DNA of 64,000 nt from Candidatus Tayloriibacteriota bacterium (GCA_016215455.1 JACRJP010000002.1:87622-151621); one strand, 5' to 3'. Counted from the stretch's first letter, positions 1-10,500 are shown. Translations and numbers: made by a program. The notes: generated by a model from the letters alone, not told the origin.

Positions 1-732
1 TGTTTTGAGTTGAGAGAGATTAGCGGTGATACCAGTAAAATCAACTGCTGGTACGGGGAATTGTCGTCCTGCCATAAATACATCAGGGCGATTTGGTACA
101 GCAGCAGGAGGTGCCGGATCAACAGGACTATCTTGAGTGTACACACCAAAACGATATGAACCTGGAGCATCAGGATCGATATATTTATCTTTTGCACTTG
201 TTACAAGATTGTGTGCAACACCATCAAATCTAATTCCTTCATTCGAGTGAATCGGTCCGAACACTTCTGTTCCTGCTCCAAAACGCATAACATCATTTGC
301 TGCCACAGCATATTTCGCAAGCGAAGGAATAGCAAGACTTACGGCAATCGTGCGAGAAACTGTTGGATATGCTACGACAGTTCCCTTTGATTGAATTTTA
401 ACTACCGTAGAACCTATCGGAGGAGGAGTGATTGTAAGAGTAAACTGACCAATAACATTTCCATCTTTATCAGTAAAATCATGTACATATGGACCTGGGT
501 TAGCTGTACCATCAGTGTAATCTGATTGAGCATGCGCAAGATGCCAGCGATAATAATCAATTCCCGCTTCAGCAATTTGAAACGCTTGTTCACGAGCTGC
601 TAGCTGGCGTTGGTTACGAAGAACCGATGCTCCCCAACTTACAAAAGCAGAAACAATAATAACTACAATAACTCCAAAGACGAGAGCGTTGATCAAAATA
701 AAACCTTCTTTTTTTGCGTGAATATATTTCAT
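1..732 (-). CDS. PilX-like minor pilin / pilus assembly protein (runs off the left edge of the window)
   Basis: Hand translation from ATG at 732: MKYIHAKKEG|FILINALVFGVIVVII...AREQAFQIAEAGIDYYRWHL. Class III-like N-terminus plus the PilX N-terminal A..IAEAG motif; ATGA overlap with the upstream pilin gene. Confidence 0.75.
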   Translation of the reverse strand, partial: MKYIHAKKEGFILINALVFGVIVVIIVSAFVSWGASVLRNQRQLAAREQAFQIAEAGIDYYRWHLAHAQSDYTDGTANPGPYVHDFTDKDGNVIGQFTLTITPPPIGSTVVKIQSKGTVVAYPTVSRTIAVSLAIPSLAKYAVAANDVMRFGAGTEVFGPIHSNEGIRFDGVAHNLVTSAKDKYIDPDAPGSYRFGVYTQDSPVDPAPPAAVPNRPDVFMAGRQFPVPAVDFTGITANLSQLKT

Positions 733-1340
733 AGATTGTCTTTCAAATTACGCAATGTCACCTGGCTTGTATATGAACGTGAAACTGGTGATCGATTGAT
801 ATCAGCGTCTAATATGAGATTCACATTTACCAATCGAACCGAAGTAAGCGGAATAGGATAGCCATACGGTTCTGTCGTACCATCATAATTACTTCCGTAA
901 TACGTGAAAAGTGGTGTTGAGGTAGAGTTACGAATATTCGAAGTAAGAATTGTTACTACTTCATTACCAGGAACATATGTAAGTGGAGATCCTGTGGGTT
1001 TAATAACTCCTTTTTTAAGCGTAGTACTCGCAATATAATATCGTATTTGTTCTTTCAAGTTGTCAGAATCAGTATCGGCGAAAAAGGTTATCGAGCTCGT
1101 ACCTGCTTGCGCAAGAGGATACGCGCCGTTATTCCCTACAGATGATGTACGCAATTCTCGCGTAATCGTACGAAGAATAATACGAGCATCATACGAAGTG
1201 GTAAGAGAACCACTCGCAGTTGCACCGTACTGTATAACATCTCTCTGAAAAGTACTGACTGCAATAAATACAATACTAAAAATACCAAGAGCAACGAGAG
1301 TTTCAACGATAGTAATTCCTTTTGTAAAATTATACTTCAT
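729..1340 (-). CDS. Prepilin-type (PilW-like) minor pilin
   Basis: KG|ITIVETLVALGIF class III signal with Glu+5 and hydrophobic helix; lies in the pil operon. Confidence 0.85.
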   Translation of the reverse strand: MKYNFTKGITIVETLVALGIFSIVFIAVSTFQRDVIQYGATASGSLTTSYDARIILRTITRELRTSSVGNNGAYPLAQAGTSSITFFADTDSDNLKEQIRYYIASTTLKKGVIKPTGSPLTYVPGNEVVTILTSNIRNSTSTPLFTYYGSNYDGTTEPYGYPIPLTSVRLVNVNLILDADINRSPVSRSYTSQVTLRNLKDNL

Positions 1341-1342
1341 AT

Positions 1343-3145
1343 TTATTGTGGAGTAAGAACTACCGACTGCTCAGTCCAATCGTTTTCTATTGAAACATTT
1401 GTTGATGAAGTAGCATACCCTACTCGACCCACATCAACAGTATACGTTCCTGTAGAAAGATTTGAGAAAAATACTTGTCCAGGAGGAGTACATGCCGACG
1501 TAAATGTTATTGACGTATCTGCAACGGTTGGAGTATATGAACTACTTGCAGTACTTAAAAACAACTTGTAGCGAACATATCGATCGTTATTATGAATAGA
1601 ATTAATAGCAGTATTTAGTGGTGTATAGAAAGAATCAGAAGTACCATCTGGACCTTTATATGACCATACTGCTACATCAGATGTTGTTGCTGTTGCAATC
1701 TGTGCACGAACACTATCACTTCCAGCACTCACAGGTTGATCCACAGGAGTTACAAAGATCTGTCGAAAATTACTCAAAGATCCTGTATCAAATATCGACG
1801 ACTCAAGAACTGCATTTGTTACATACTCTCCGAATGTTTGTAGAAGATGAACTTCGCCTGCAGGATCATTTGTTGTTGCATTTCCATTATCAGAATAGTA
1901 CTGATTCGCTGTAACAAAATCTTGTTGTCCTCCCCCACCCGACCAATCAGTCTGAGAGACAAAACCTTGTCCTGTATATTTTGAAAGAGATATTGGTCCT
2001 GAAAGTTCTACAAAAGCATCGGTCAAAGGTAGACCAGTTGAACTATCTTTCACTGTTACCAACAGTCCTTGTGAATTTTTTGGAGCAACAACAAGCAAAA
2101 CATCTTGAGTTGAATTAGGAGTAATGTTTATTTGATTCAAAGGACTGAGACCAATAAGATCATACGTGGAATCATTTGGTCGTATTGTATAACTATCCCA
2201 TTCAACATTATTCACCGGTTGAATACCTGCTCCATTTGTCTGAAGATCTTTGTGTGTTTTATAAATTACAGGTGAGTTTCCTATTTGCTTAGCACCTGTC
2301 ATTGTATAATCAAAATTTCCAACAGGAGTACACGTTGGTGTAACACTTGAGAAATTAACCTCACTTACCCTATCAATAATAAAACTCACTTGAGTAACCT
2401 GTTGCATAGCGACCGTAGCATTTCGCTTAGTTGGATTAGGATTACTGACACTTACAGGATATGTTCTATCAATAGAATATCCACTTTTAGTTACTGTAAT
2501 TTCATAAGCATCAGTTCCTGGTGGAATATCAACAAGCTGTAACATTCCATTGTTATCAGTCTCATCATTAATCGTAATAGTAGACGTGCCTGTTCCTTGT
2601 ACAACTGTTACCTGAGCCTGTGGCACTGCAACTCCATTTGCGTCAAAGACTCGAATGAAAAGAGCACCATTTGTTGAGGCATTCTCAAGATTTTTAGGAG
2701 CAACATTTGAAGTTACCGTAATCGGTGAAAAATTTGTACACGTAGGACACGCAACCTCCACCTCAACTAGTTTATTATCAGCAGGAGCAGTGTCATTAGG
2801 AGTTCCTCCCAAAGTACCATCAAAAGGTAAATCTATATTTCGAATCGTGGTGGTAACAACAAAATTAAATCCACTTCGAGTAAGATTCTGGACATGAGGA
2901 ATTTTTCCACTAGGAATACCCGATACTATACCAACATCACCGTATGGAAGATTACGAGCAATTTCAAATTGTTCATTAGCAAGATTGAGGGCTGCAATTT
3001 TTGTTTGACTGTATGAAGTTAACTTAAACAAACTTACAAATGCTTGGTACCCAGCAAGGGCGATAATAAGAAATACCGCTGTTCCTACAAGAACCTCAAT
3101 GAGAGTGAATCCTTTGTTGTAAAAAGTATTTCGACCCAAAAACAT
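1343..3145 (-). CDS. Large minor pilin with beta-sandwich (carboxypeptidase regulatory-like) domains
   Basis: KG|FTLIEVLV prepilin motif followed by ~550 aa of Thr/Ser/Val-rich beta-strand sequence (e.g. TDNNG...YEITVTKSGY). Confidence 0.8.
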   Translation of the reverse strand: MFLGRNTFYNKGFTLIEVLVGTAVFLIIALAGYQAFVSLFKLTSYSQTKIAALNLANEQFEIARNLPYGDVGIVSGIPSGKIPHVQNLTRSGFNFVVTTTIRNIDLPFDGTLGGTPNDTAPADNKLVEVEVACPTCTNFSPITVTSNVAPKNLENASTNGALFIRVFDANGVAVPQAQVTVVQGTGTSTITINDETDNNGMLQLVDIPPGTDAYEITVTKSGYSIDRTYPVSVSNPNPTKRNATVAMQQVTQVSFIIDRVSEVNFSSVTPTCTPVGNFDYTMTGAKQIGNSPVIYKTHKDLQTNGAGIQPVNNVEWDSYTIRPNDSTYDLIGLSPLNQINITPNSTQDVLLVVAPKNSQGLLVTVKDSSTGLPLTDAFVELSGPISLSKYTGQGFVSQTDWSGGGGQQDFVTANQYYSDNGNATTNDPAGEVHLLQTFGEYVTNAVLESSIFDTGSLSNFRQIFVTPVDQPVSAGSDSVRAQIATATTSDVAVWSYKGPDGTSDSFYTPLNTAINSIHNNDRYVRYKLFLSTASSSYTPTVADTSITFTSACTPPGQVFFSNLSTGTYTVDVGRVGYATSSTNVSIENDWTEQSVVLTPQ

Positions 3146-3147
3146 AA

Positions 3148-4362
3148 TTAAATAATGTTAACTAACGAGTACATTGGAGAAATCATTGAGATAGCAAAGA
3201 ATCCTACCGCGGCTCCGATAAATACCATGAGAAATGGTTCGATGATCGTCGACATATCCTTAGTTCTTTGCTCAATATCTTCTTCGTAATACACAGCTAC
3301 GCCGAGGAGCATCTCTCCAACCTTACCCGTCTCCTCTCCCACTGACATCATCTCACCAAGAAACACAGGGTAAAGTTTTGAATTTTCAATGAAGATCTTC
3401 GACATTGGTGTACCCTTTTTTATCTCTTCCTCAGCTTGAATTAAAATCTTTTTATAATGAACATTCTGAAGCACATCAGTAGCAATGTGTACCGATTCAA
3501 CAACAGCTACACCTGAAGTCAACAATGATGAAAGAGTTCGTGCGGTACGAGCAGCATTTACTTCTCGAACTAATTCTCCAAACACAGGGAGTCGAAGTAT
3601 TGCATAATGAACAATCTTTTTTCCTTGAGGACTACGTGCCCATACATACACAAAGTATCCAATAACTGCCAAGATAATGAGAACCCAAAAACCTTGAGTG
3701 CGAAGAGCATCGCTTACTGCGACTACTATTCTCGTTGAAAGTGGGAGAGTGATTTTGAGATCACGGAATGTAGCCGTAAGTGTTGGAACAATATAGGTAA
3801 GCATGAGAATACCAATAATAATCATGACTCCCAAAATAACCCCAGGATACATCAAAGATCCACGAACTTTTCGTTCGAGAGTGTACGAACGATCCATCTG
3901 TGTAGCAATTATCTTAAGAGACCCAGCAAGCATTCCACTTTCCTCACCTGCTCGTACCATTGATCGGAAAAGGGGTGAAAAAACATTCTTATATCCATCA
4001 AGAGAATCACTAAATGTTTTTCCATTACTAATATCATTCATAATAGCTGTCAAAATTTTCTTGAGAGCTTTATTACTACTCTGTTTCTCGAGTACTTCAA
4101 GAGCTCGTGTTACCGCAAGGCCTGCTTCAAGCATGGCACCAAGATTTCGAGCAAAAATAATTTTTTCTTGAGTCTTAACTCCAGAACCAAAAGAGATGTG
4201 AAAAATATTTGAAAAGCCTTTACCAGTTGATACTGGAGATGCTTTAAGAACACTTTCTCCAACTTCTCTCAACTCTTTATACAATACAAACTTATCAGCA
4301 GCTTCACGCTCTCCTTCGTATATTTCTCCTGTTGATTTTTTTGCAGTGTATATAAAACGCAT
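3148..4362 (-). CDS. pilC: Type IV pilus platform protein PilC (T2SS F family)
   Basis: Two GspF repeats (MVRAGEESGML, MMSVGEETG), YP motif and TM helices; directly downstream of pilB. Confidence 0.93.
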   Translation of the reverse strand: MRFIYTAKKSTGEIYEGEREAADKFVLYKELREVGESVLKASPVSTGKGFSNIFHISFGSGVKTQEKIIFARNLGAMLEAGLAVTRALEVLEKQSSNKALKKILTAIMNDISNGKTFSDSLDGYKNVFSPLFRSMVRAGEESGMLAGSLKIIATQMDRSYTLERKVRGSLMYPGVILGVMIIIGILMLTYIVPTLTATFRDLKITLPLSTRIVVAVSDALRTQGFWVLIILAVIGYFVYVWARSPQGKKIVHYAILRLPVFGELVREVNAARTARTLSSLLTSGVAVVESVHIATDVLQNVHYKKILIQAEEEIKKGTPMSKIFIENSKLYPVFLGEMMSVGEETGKVGEMLLGVAVYYEEDIEQRTKDMSTIIEPFLMVFIGAAVGFFAISMISPMYSLVNII

Positions 4363-4370
4363 ATAGATAA

Positions 4371-6119
4371 TTATTCTGAAATTACTCGAAGCACTTCTTC
4401 AATTGTTGTAAGACCGAGCACACACTTAAATACTCCATCTTCAATCATTGTGAGCATTCCCTCTTTCTTTGCTTGTGCCTCAACTTCATCTGCAGTCGCC
4501 CCTTTCATAATTAATTCTTTAATTGCAGAACTTACCTTGAGTACTTCGTGAATTCCGACTCGTCCACTGTAGCCATCAGAACCTTCTTTTTGTGCAGGTT
4601 TCCAAAAAGGAATTTTCTCCCACGTTGCTTTTTGATCAACTATCTTTTCAGCCTTAAGTGTTGCAAGAATTTTGTCGAGGTCGACAGATTTTCCGAGTGC
4701 AGCAAGTTCTGCTTTTGTTAAAACATGTTTTTCTTTACCCTCAGCAAGTCGACGAACAAGACGCTGTGCAATAACTACATTGAGTGTTGAGACGAGAAGA
4801 AACGGCTCGATCTTCATATCAAGAAGACGTGGCAAAGCACCCGCAGCAGAGTTGGTGTGGAGTGTTGAAAGTACCAGGTGGCCAGTGAGCGATGCGTTGA
4901 CCGCAAGCGAAGCTGTCTCGTTATCTCGAATTTCACCGACCATGATAATATCAGGATCTTGTCGAACAAGAGTTCGAAGACCGGAAACGAAGGTGAAGCC
5001 GATTTCTGGCTTAACCTGAGTCTGATTTACTCGTTTCATCTGATATTCAATCGGATCTTCAATCGTTGAAATATTCACATCAGGCTGATTCAAAATATCA
5101 AGAATTGTATACAACGTTGTCGTCTTTCCTGAACCAGTAGGACCTGTTGTAAGAATCATACCAGTTGTTTGAGTTGTTGCGTGGTGAATTCTTTCAAGAC
5201 CTTCCCCATGGAATCCAAGTCCTTCAAGACTAAAGCCCGAGACGTTGTCACGCAACAAACGCATCACAGTTTTTTCTCCGTAGTATGTTGGCAAAATCGA
5301 AACACGGAAAGAAACTTTTTCATTCGTCATATCGACTTTGAAACGACCGTCTTGTGGAAGACGTTTTTCATCAAGCTTAAGATTTGAAAGAACTTTAATA
5401 CGTGCAGTAATTGATGGTTCTGCATTTTTTGGCAACACCATAGCGTCACGCAACATACCATCAATTCGATATCGTACGACGACCTCTGCTTCCATTGGTT
5501 CAATATGAATATCTGATGCATTCTGAAGAATCGCATGCTTAAGCAATGTATCAACGATACGAACCACAGGAAGATCTTCAGCAATTTTTTTGAGATCAGC
5601 TTCTGAAACCTCTTCACCAGCCGCTTCTGAGATAGTTTTAAGTGTTGCAGATTCTTTTTGAATAATATCCCCGAATTCTGCCTTGAGACTTTTTTGATAT
5701 TGAATAATTACACTTCGTATTGATTCAGTATCGGTAAGTCGAGGAAGAATTTTAAGATGAACTTTTTTCTTAATGAAATCGATCGCCGCAAGATCATCAG
5801 TATCAAGCATCGCCACCTCAAGAGTGTCTTCAGTTTTTTTGAAAGCAACAATGTTATGATTTCGAGCGACAGGCTCAGGAATCATTGAGAGAGTTTCTGC
5901 TGGAATTTTCTTTGTCTTAAGATCAACAAAAGGAATACCCAAGACATACGCCTGCATACGACGAAGATTATCTTCAGTGATTTTTCCACTTGCCACAAGT
6001 ACATCTCCCACTCGAGTTTTCTTCTCTTCAGCCTCTTTTTTAGCATCATCAAAATCAGCTTTCGATATGAGATTAGAATCGAGAATAAATTTATTAAGCT
6101 GTGAGTCTTCAATGATCAT
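4371..6119 (-). CDS. pilB: Type IV pilus assembly ATPase PilB/GspE (paralog 1, no Zn-binding cysteines)
   Basis: ASDIHIEP, RLPQDGR, Walker A GPTGSGKTT, RQDPDIIMVGEIRD, TGHLVLSTLHTN. Start moved to the ATG at 6119. Confidence 0.92.
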   Translation of the reverse strand: MIIEDSQLNKFILDSNLISKADFDDAKKEAEEKKTRVGDVLVASGKITEDNLRRMQAYVLGIPFVDLKTKKIPAETLSMIPEPVARNHNIVAFKKTEDTLEVAMLDTDDLAAIDFIKKKVHLKILPRLTDTESIRSVIIQYQKSLKAEFGDIIQKESATLKTISEAAGEEVSEADLKKIAEDLPVVRIVDTLLKHAILQNASDIHIEPMEAEVVVRYRIDGMLRDAMVLPKNAEPSITARIKVLSNLKLDEKRLPQDGRFKVDMTNEKVSFRVSILPTYYGEKTVMRLLRDNVSGFSLEGLGFHGEGLERIHHATTQTTGMILTTGPTGSGKTTTLYTILDILNQPDVNISTIEDPIEYQMKRVNQTQVKPEIGFTFVSGLRTLVRQDPDIIMVGEIRDNETASLAVNASLTGHLVLSTLHTNSAAGALPRLLDMKIEPFLLVSTLNVVIAQRLVRRLAEGKEKHVLTKAELAALGKSVDLDKILATLKAEKIVDQKATWEKIPFWKPAQKEGSDGYSGRVGIHEVLKVSSAIKELIMKGATADEVEAQAKKEGMLTMIEDGVFKCVLGLTTIEEVLRVISE

Positions 6120-6194
6120 GGGTAGAACTTTACGCTGTAAGTATATCAAAAATACGCCCAAAACACTTGGGGAAACCGTGGATTAAACTACTTT

Positions 6195-6223
6195 TTGACA
6201 AACTTGCTTAAATACCATATACT
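6195..6223 (+). promoter_or_regulatory. Sigma70 promoter of nusA
   Basis: TTGACA (6195-6200), 17 bp spacer, TATACT (6218-6223). Confidence 0.8.
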
Positions 6224-6241
6224 ACTTTTGTGTTAAGTTGC

Positions 6242-6278
6242 GTTCGCTTAAGGATTCCTTGAGCGGACCCGTTTTTTT
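6242..6278 (+). terminator. Attenuator-like terminator in the nusA 5' leader
   Basis: Stem GTTCGCTTAAGG/CCTTGAGCGGAC (12 bp including G-U) followed by CCG and T7, between the promoter and the ATG. Confidence 0.65.
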
Positions 6279-6299
6279 ATACGTAATCAAAAATCACAT

Positions 6300-7448
6300 A
6301 TGTTCGATCTCAAAGTTATCCATTCCGTTCTTGATCAGATGGAACAAGAACGAGGAATTCCAAAAGAAAAAATGCTCGAAGCAATCGAGTTGGCCCTTGC
6401 TACTGCCTACAAAAAGGAATACGGCAAGAAAGGTCAGATTGTTCGTGCTACATTTGACGTAAATAGTGGTAAAACAGAGTTTTACCAAGTCAAAATCGTT
6501 GTCGATGAATCAAAAGTCATCATGACTGACGATGAAGAGGAGCAGGATATTGAGAATACAGATGAAGAAAACATTAAAGTTCGCTTCAATCCAGAACATC
6601 ACATTCTCCTTGCTGATGCTAAGAAAATCAAGAAAGACGCCAAAATCGATGATGAAATCGTCTTCCCTCTTGAAGCAAAGGCAGATTACGGGCGCATTGC
6701 TGCTCAAACAGCAAAACAAGTCATTATCCAAAAGATTCGTGAGGCTGAAAAAACTTCAGTTATGGCAGAATACGGCCAGAAAGAAGGCGAAATTGTCACA
6801 GGAAGTGTCCAGCGTATCGAACGAGGTATCCTCTATATCGATATGGGCCGAGCTGTGGGTATTCTTCCTTACGAAGAACAGATTCCATCTGAACGTTACA
6901 AGCAGGGTGAGCGAATTCGAGCATATCTCTATGCTGTAGAAGAAAGTCCTAAGGGAATCGTTCTTCGACTCTCTCGTTCACATCCAAAGTTCCTTGCTCG
7001 ACTTTTTGAAATCGAAGCTCCTGAAATTGCAGCTGGTATCGTTGAAATCAAGGCAATTGCTCGCGAAGCAGGTGCTCGCTCAAAGATCGCTGTTTCTTCA
7101 AAAGATACTCATATTGACCCAATTGGATCACTTGTTGGTCAGCGAGGAGTACGTGTTTCAACAGTTATGAGTGAACTTGGTGGTGAAAAGATTGATATTA
7201 TCGATTGGAACGAAGATCCAGCTATCTTTATCGAAAAAGCTCTCTCTCCAGCAAAAATTGTCAGTATTGAGCTTAATAAGGAGGAAACAAAGGCTACTGT
7301 TCATGTAGCAGAAGACCAGCAATCTCTTGCAATTGGTAAAGGAGGGCAGAATGTTCGCCTAGCAGCAAAACTCACTGGTTGGAAAATCGATATTCAATCA
7401 ACGGGCAAGCCAGCAGTTACAACAGAAGAAGGTACAGATTCTAAATAA
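6300..7448 (+). CDS. nusA: Transcription termination/antitermination factor NusA
   Basis: [14 protein letters not shown]1 and KH domains, [34 protein letters not shown]. Confidence 0.97.
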   Translation: MFDLKVIHSVLDQMEQERGIPKEKMLEAIELALATAYKKEYGKKGQIVRATFDVNSGKTEFYQVKIVVDESKVIMTDDEEEQDIENTDEENIKVRFNPEHHILLADAKKIKKDAKIDDEIVFPLEAKADYGRIAAQTAKQVIIQKIREAEKTSVMAEYGQKEGEIVTGSVQRIERGILYIDMGRAVGILPYEEQIPSERYKQGERIRAYLYAVEESPKGIVLRLSRSHPKFLARLFEIEAPEIAAGIVEIKAIAREAGARSKIAVSSKDTHIDPIGSLVGQRGVRVSTVMSELGGEKIDIIDWNEDPAIFIEKALSPAKIVSIELNKEETKATVHVAEDQQSLAIGKGGQNVRLAAKLTGWKIDIQSTGKPAVTTEEGTDSK

Positions 7449-7479
7449 CAGCTTAACATAGGCTTAATTTAACAAAATC

Positions 7480-8019
7480 ATGGCAAATTTACTTCACGAT
7501 ATTGATCCAGGTACAGCTCAAGAAATTACCACTATTATAGAAATCAATAGAGGTTCAAAAAACAAGTACGAAATCGACAAAAAAACAGGTCTTATCGCTC
7601 TTGACCGAGTTGGCCACACTTCTCAGGACTTTCCCTTTGATTATGGCTTCATTCCCCAGACTCTTTGGGATGATGGTGACGCTGTAGATGTGATTGTACT
7701 CACAACATATCCTCTTTTCCCTGGTATCCTCGTCCGTGTACGACCTGTTGCTATCATGAGTATGATCGACAGTGGCGATGCTGACGACAAAATCATCGGA
7801 GTTCCTGTAGATGACCCACGTTGGGCTAATGTACAAGATCTTAAGGATGTAAACCCTCACACCCTCAAAGAAATCGAACACTTCTACTCAACATACAAGA
7901 AACTTCAGAATAAGGAGGTAAAAGTAAATGGTTTTAAGGGTAAAAAAGAGGCCGAAGCAGCATTTGCGCGAGGCAAAAAGCTCTACAAAGAGGCTCACTC
8001 AGAAAAAAAGAGTAAATAA
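7480..8019 (+). CDS. ppa: Inorganic pyrophosphatase (family I)
   Basis: KYEIDK, YGFIPQTL, D-D-G-D-A-V-D metal-binding motif. Confidence 0.95.
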   Translation: MANLLHDIDPGTAQEITTIIEINRGSKNKYEIDKKTGLIALDRVGHTSQDFPFDYGFIPQTLWDDGDAVDVIVLTTYPLFPGILVRVRPVAIMSMIDSGDADDKIIGVPVDDPRWANVQDLKDVNPHTLKEIEHFYSTYKKLQNKEVKVNGFKGKKEAEAAFARGKKLYKEAHSEKKSK

Positions 8020-8040
8020 AACCTAACAATCAACTAGTTA

Positions 8041-8079
8041 TACACAAAAAGAGCTCTATTATAGAGCTCTTTTTGTGTA
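8041..8079. terminator. Intrinsic terminator after ppa
   Basis: Inverted repeat TACACAAAAAGAGCTCTA / TAGAGCTCTTTTTGTGTA. Confidence 0.75.
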
Positions 8080-8123
8080 GTATAATTAGGAGCGTATTAT
8101 TAAATTAATAGATTATAATAACA

Positions 8124-8930
8124 ATGAGTTCTACGTATAAAAAATTCTCAATCCTCGCCGCTCTTGTTCTTGCTCTCTCAGTGGGCGGACAAGTTTCTGC
8201 ACAAACGACCGAAGTAAGCGGAGAAGATTCTGCTGTTGGATCAGCAGGAACATCAGTAACCGTTCAAAAAGATCCAGCAGGACGTCCTCTTCCCCCAAAA
8301 GACCCTCGAGTAAAACCAGCAATTAATGGTATGCGAAAAGAAAATCTTGAACAAAACAAAGATCTTCGAAACAAGATGCTTGGGGAACGAAAAGAAATAG
8401 CAAATGAACGTCGAGAAGATGTAAAGACCCTTCGAAATGAAAAGCGAGAGGATTTCAAAAACGCATCATCGACATCAGAGAAAAAACTTATCATTGAACG
8501 TTTTCGAGATGCAAAAGGAGAGCTTCTTAAGAAGGCTCGAAAAGATGAAGTGATCTCTCGCCAGAAAATGATTGTTAATGAACTTACTCTCAAGTTGAAG
8601 TATCTAAAGGATGCTGCAAATCGAATTGAGAATATCCTCGCAAAGATGGAGTCTCAAGGTAAGTCAGTTACTGATGCACGACTTGCACTTGATACAGCTG
8701 GAAAAAAGATTGTTGCAGCTGAAGTAGCTATAGATGCTTTCAAAAACTGGAAGCCGACAGAAACTGGTACAGCATCAACAACAGAAGTATCACTAACAAA
8801 ACCACGTGAAGCTGCTCAGGGTGCAATTACTGCAATCAAAGATGCAGCAGAAGCATTACGAAAAATACTTCCTTCAGTTGAGCCTAAGCGCGAAGCTACA
8901 GCAAGTACAACAGTTCAAACTACTAACTAA
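8124..8930 (+). CDS. Secreted alpha-helical/coiled-coil hypothetical protein
   Basis: Sec signal peptide (..GQVSA|Q) followed by a K/E/R-rich helical region. Confidence 0.75.
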   Translation: MSSTYKKFSILAALVLALSVGGQVSAQTTEVSGEDSAVGSAGTSVTVQKDPAGRPLPPKDPRVKPAINGMRKENLEQNKDLRNKMLGERKEIANERREDVKTLRNEKREDFKNASSTSEKKLIIERFRDAKGELLKKARKDEVISRQKMIVNELTLKLKYLKDAANRIENILAKMESQGKSVTDARLALDTAGKKIVAAEVAIDAFKNWKPTETGTASTTEVSLTKPREAAQGAITAIKDAAEALRKILPSVEPKREATASTTVQTTN

Positions 8931-8941
8931 CGTAAAATAAT

Positions 8942-9238
8942 ATGGATACTACAACACAACCAAATCCAGGACAGGTTCCACCTCCAGTAATGAACCCTAA
9001 CCCTATGACTCCTCCTGCTCATGAACACAAACCAATAGGACCAATTATCGGTGCCCTCATTATCGTTCTTGTTCTCATTATCGGTGCTTTATATATCTGG
9101 GGACAGAAGCTTAACCTCGATGAACAGAAAAAGGCTCCTGAGACAACTGAACAGACAGCTACAACATCAGACGAGTCTGCTTCTGTGATTCAATCAATCG
9201 AAGCAAGTCTCGGAGATATTGATGATCTCAACTTCTAA
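8942..9238 (+). CDS. Small single-pass membrane protein (Pro-rich N-terminus, acidic C-terminus)
   Basis: One TM segment IIGALIIVLVLIIGALYIW; follows the previous gene and precedes a terminator. Confidence 0.7.
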   Translation: MDTTTQPNPGQVPPPVMNPNPMTPPAHEHKPIGPIIGALIIVLVLIIGALYIWGQKLNLDEQKKAPETTEQTATTSDESASVIQSIEASLGDIDDLNF

Positions 9239-9263
9239 TACACTATAGAAGTATATGTTCCCT

Positions 9264-9298
9264 AAACCTGCCGACTCTCACGAGTCGGCAGGTTTTTT
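9264..9298 (+). terminator. Intrinsic terminator
   Basis: AAACCTGCCGACTC-tcac-GAGTCGGCAGGTTT followed by a T-run. Confidence 0.85.
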
Positions 9299-9357
9299 AT
9301 ATAAGATATATATCAAACTTGCATATCATTCTAAATATAGGTAGACTTTGAAAACTT

Positions 9358-10500
9358 ATGGCAACAACAAAAAAGACAGCAGCAGAAAATAAAGAAAAAA
9401 AGTTATACAAAGACAGTAAAATCAACAAACTTCCTGGTTCAATGGTAGAAATTACCGCAGCAATCCCTGTAGATGTTCTTTCGGGTTACCGCGCTCAAGC
9501 CCTCAAAAACATCAATGAAACTGTCACTATTGATGGTTTTCGTAAAGGAAACGTACCTGAAAAAACATTGATAGCTAAGGTAGGTGAGATGAATATCCTC
9601 TATGAAATGGCAGAACTCGCTCTCGAGAAAGTCTACCCCGCTATCATAACTGATGAAGCTCTTGATGTAATCGGTCGTCCTGAAATAAGTATCACGAAAA
9701 TTGCCGCTGACAATGATCTTGAATTTAAAATAACAACAGCCGTAACGCCAGAAGTAACTCTTGGTGATTATAAAAAAGCTCTCAAGAAAATAGCGAAGGG
9801 TGAAGAAAAAGCAGAAGTAACTGACGAAGATATCTCAAAGATTCTCGAGGAACTCCGCACCTCACATGCAAAGAGACTTGCTCATGACGCTCTTCATGCA
9901 CTCGAAGGATCAAACCCTGACGAGGAGAGTGAAGATGCACACCAGCACGCCCCTATTTCTGAAGAAGACATAAAGAAAAATCTCCCTGAATTGAATGATG
10001 ACTTTGCAAAGATTCTTGGAAATTTTGCAACACTCGATGAACTTAAGACTCGCATCAAAGAGAATGTTCTTGGAGAAAAAGAAAAGAAAATAAAGGATAA
10101 AGCACGTCTTGCACTCTCTGATGTACTTCTTGAGACAGCAACAATTGATATTCCAAAAATTCTCGTTGATGCAGAACTCACTCGATCAGAAGGACAATTC
10201 CGTGACGATATTTCACGCATGGGAATCAAGGTTGATGACTATCTCAAACACACCAAGAAAACTATCGACGATCTCAAAGAAGAATGGCGAGACTCAGCAA
10301 CAAAGAAAGCAAAGCTTCAACTTATTCTAAACACTATTGCTAAAGAAGAAAAAATTCGACCTGACGTAAAAGATATTGAGAAAGAAGTTGAGTATATTAC
10401 TGAGTACTACAAAGATGCAGACAAAGAACGTGCATATGTCTACGCAGAAAGTGTTCTCACTAATGAGCTTGTATTCAAATTCCTCGAGGAACAGAAATAA
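9358..10500 (+). CDS. tig: Trigger factor (central FKBP domain apparently missing)
   Basis: Ribosome-binding signature GFRKGNVP, LPELNDDFAK and a C-terminal chaperone domain; only 380 aa. Confidence 0.9.
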   Translation: MATTKKTAAENKEKKLYKDSKINKLPGSMVEITAAIPVDVLSGYRAQALKNINETVTIDGFRKGNVPEKTLIAKVGEMNILYEMAELALEKVYPAIITDEALDVIGRPEISITKIAADNDLEFKITTAVTPEVTLGDYKKALKKIAKGEEKAEVTDEDISKILEELRTSHAKRLAHDALHALEGSNPDEESEDAHQHAPISEEDIKKNLPELNDDFAKILGNFATLDELKTRIKENVLGEKEKKIKDKARLALSDVLLETATIDIPKILVDAELTRSEGQFRDDISRMGIKVDDYLKHTKKTIDDLKEEWRDSATKKAKLQLILNTIAKEEKIRPDVKDIEKEVEYITEYYKDADKERAYVYAESVLTNELVFKFLEEQK

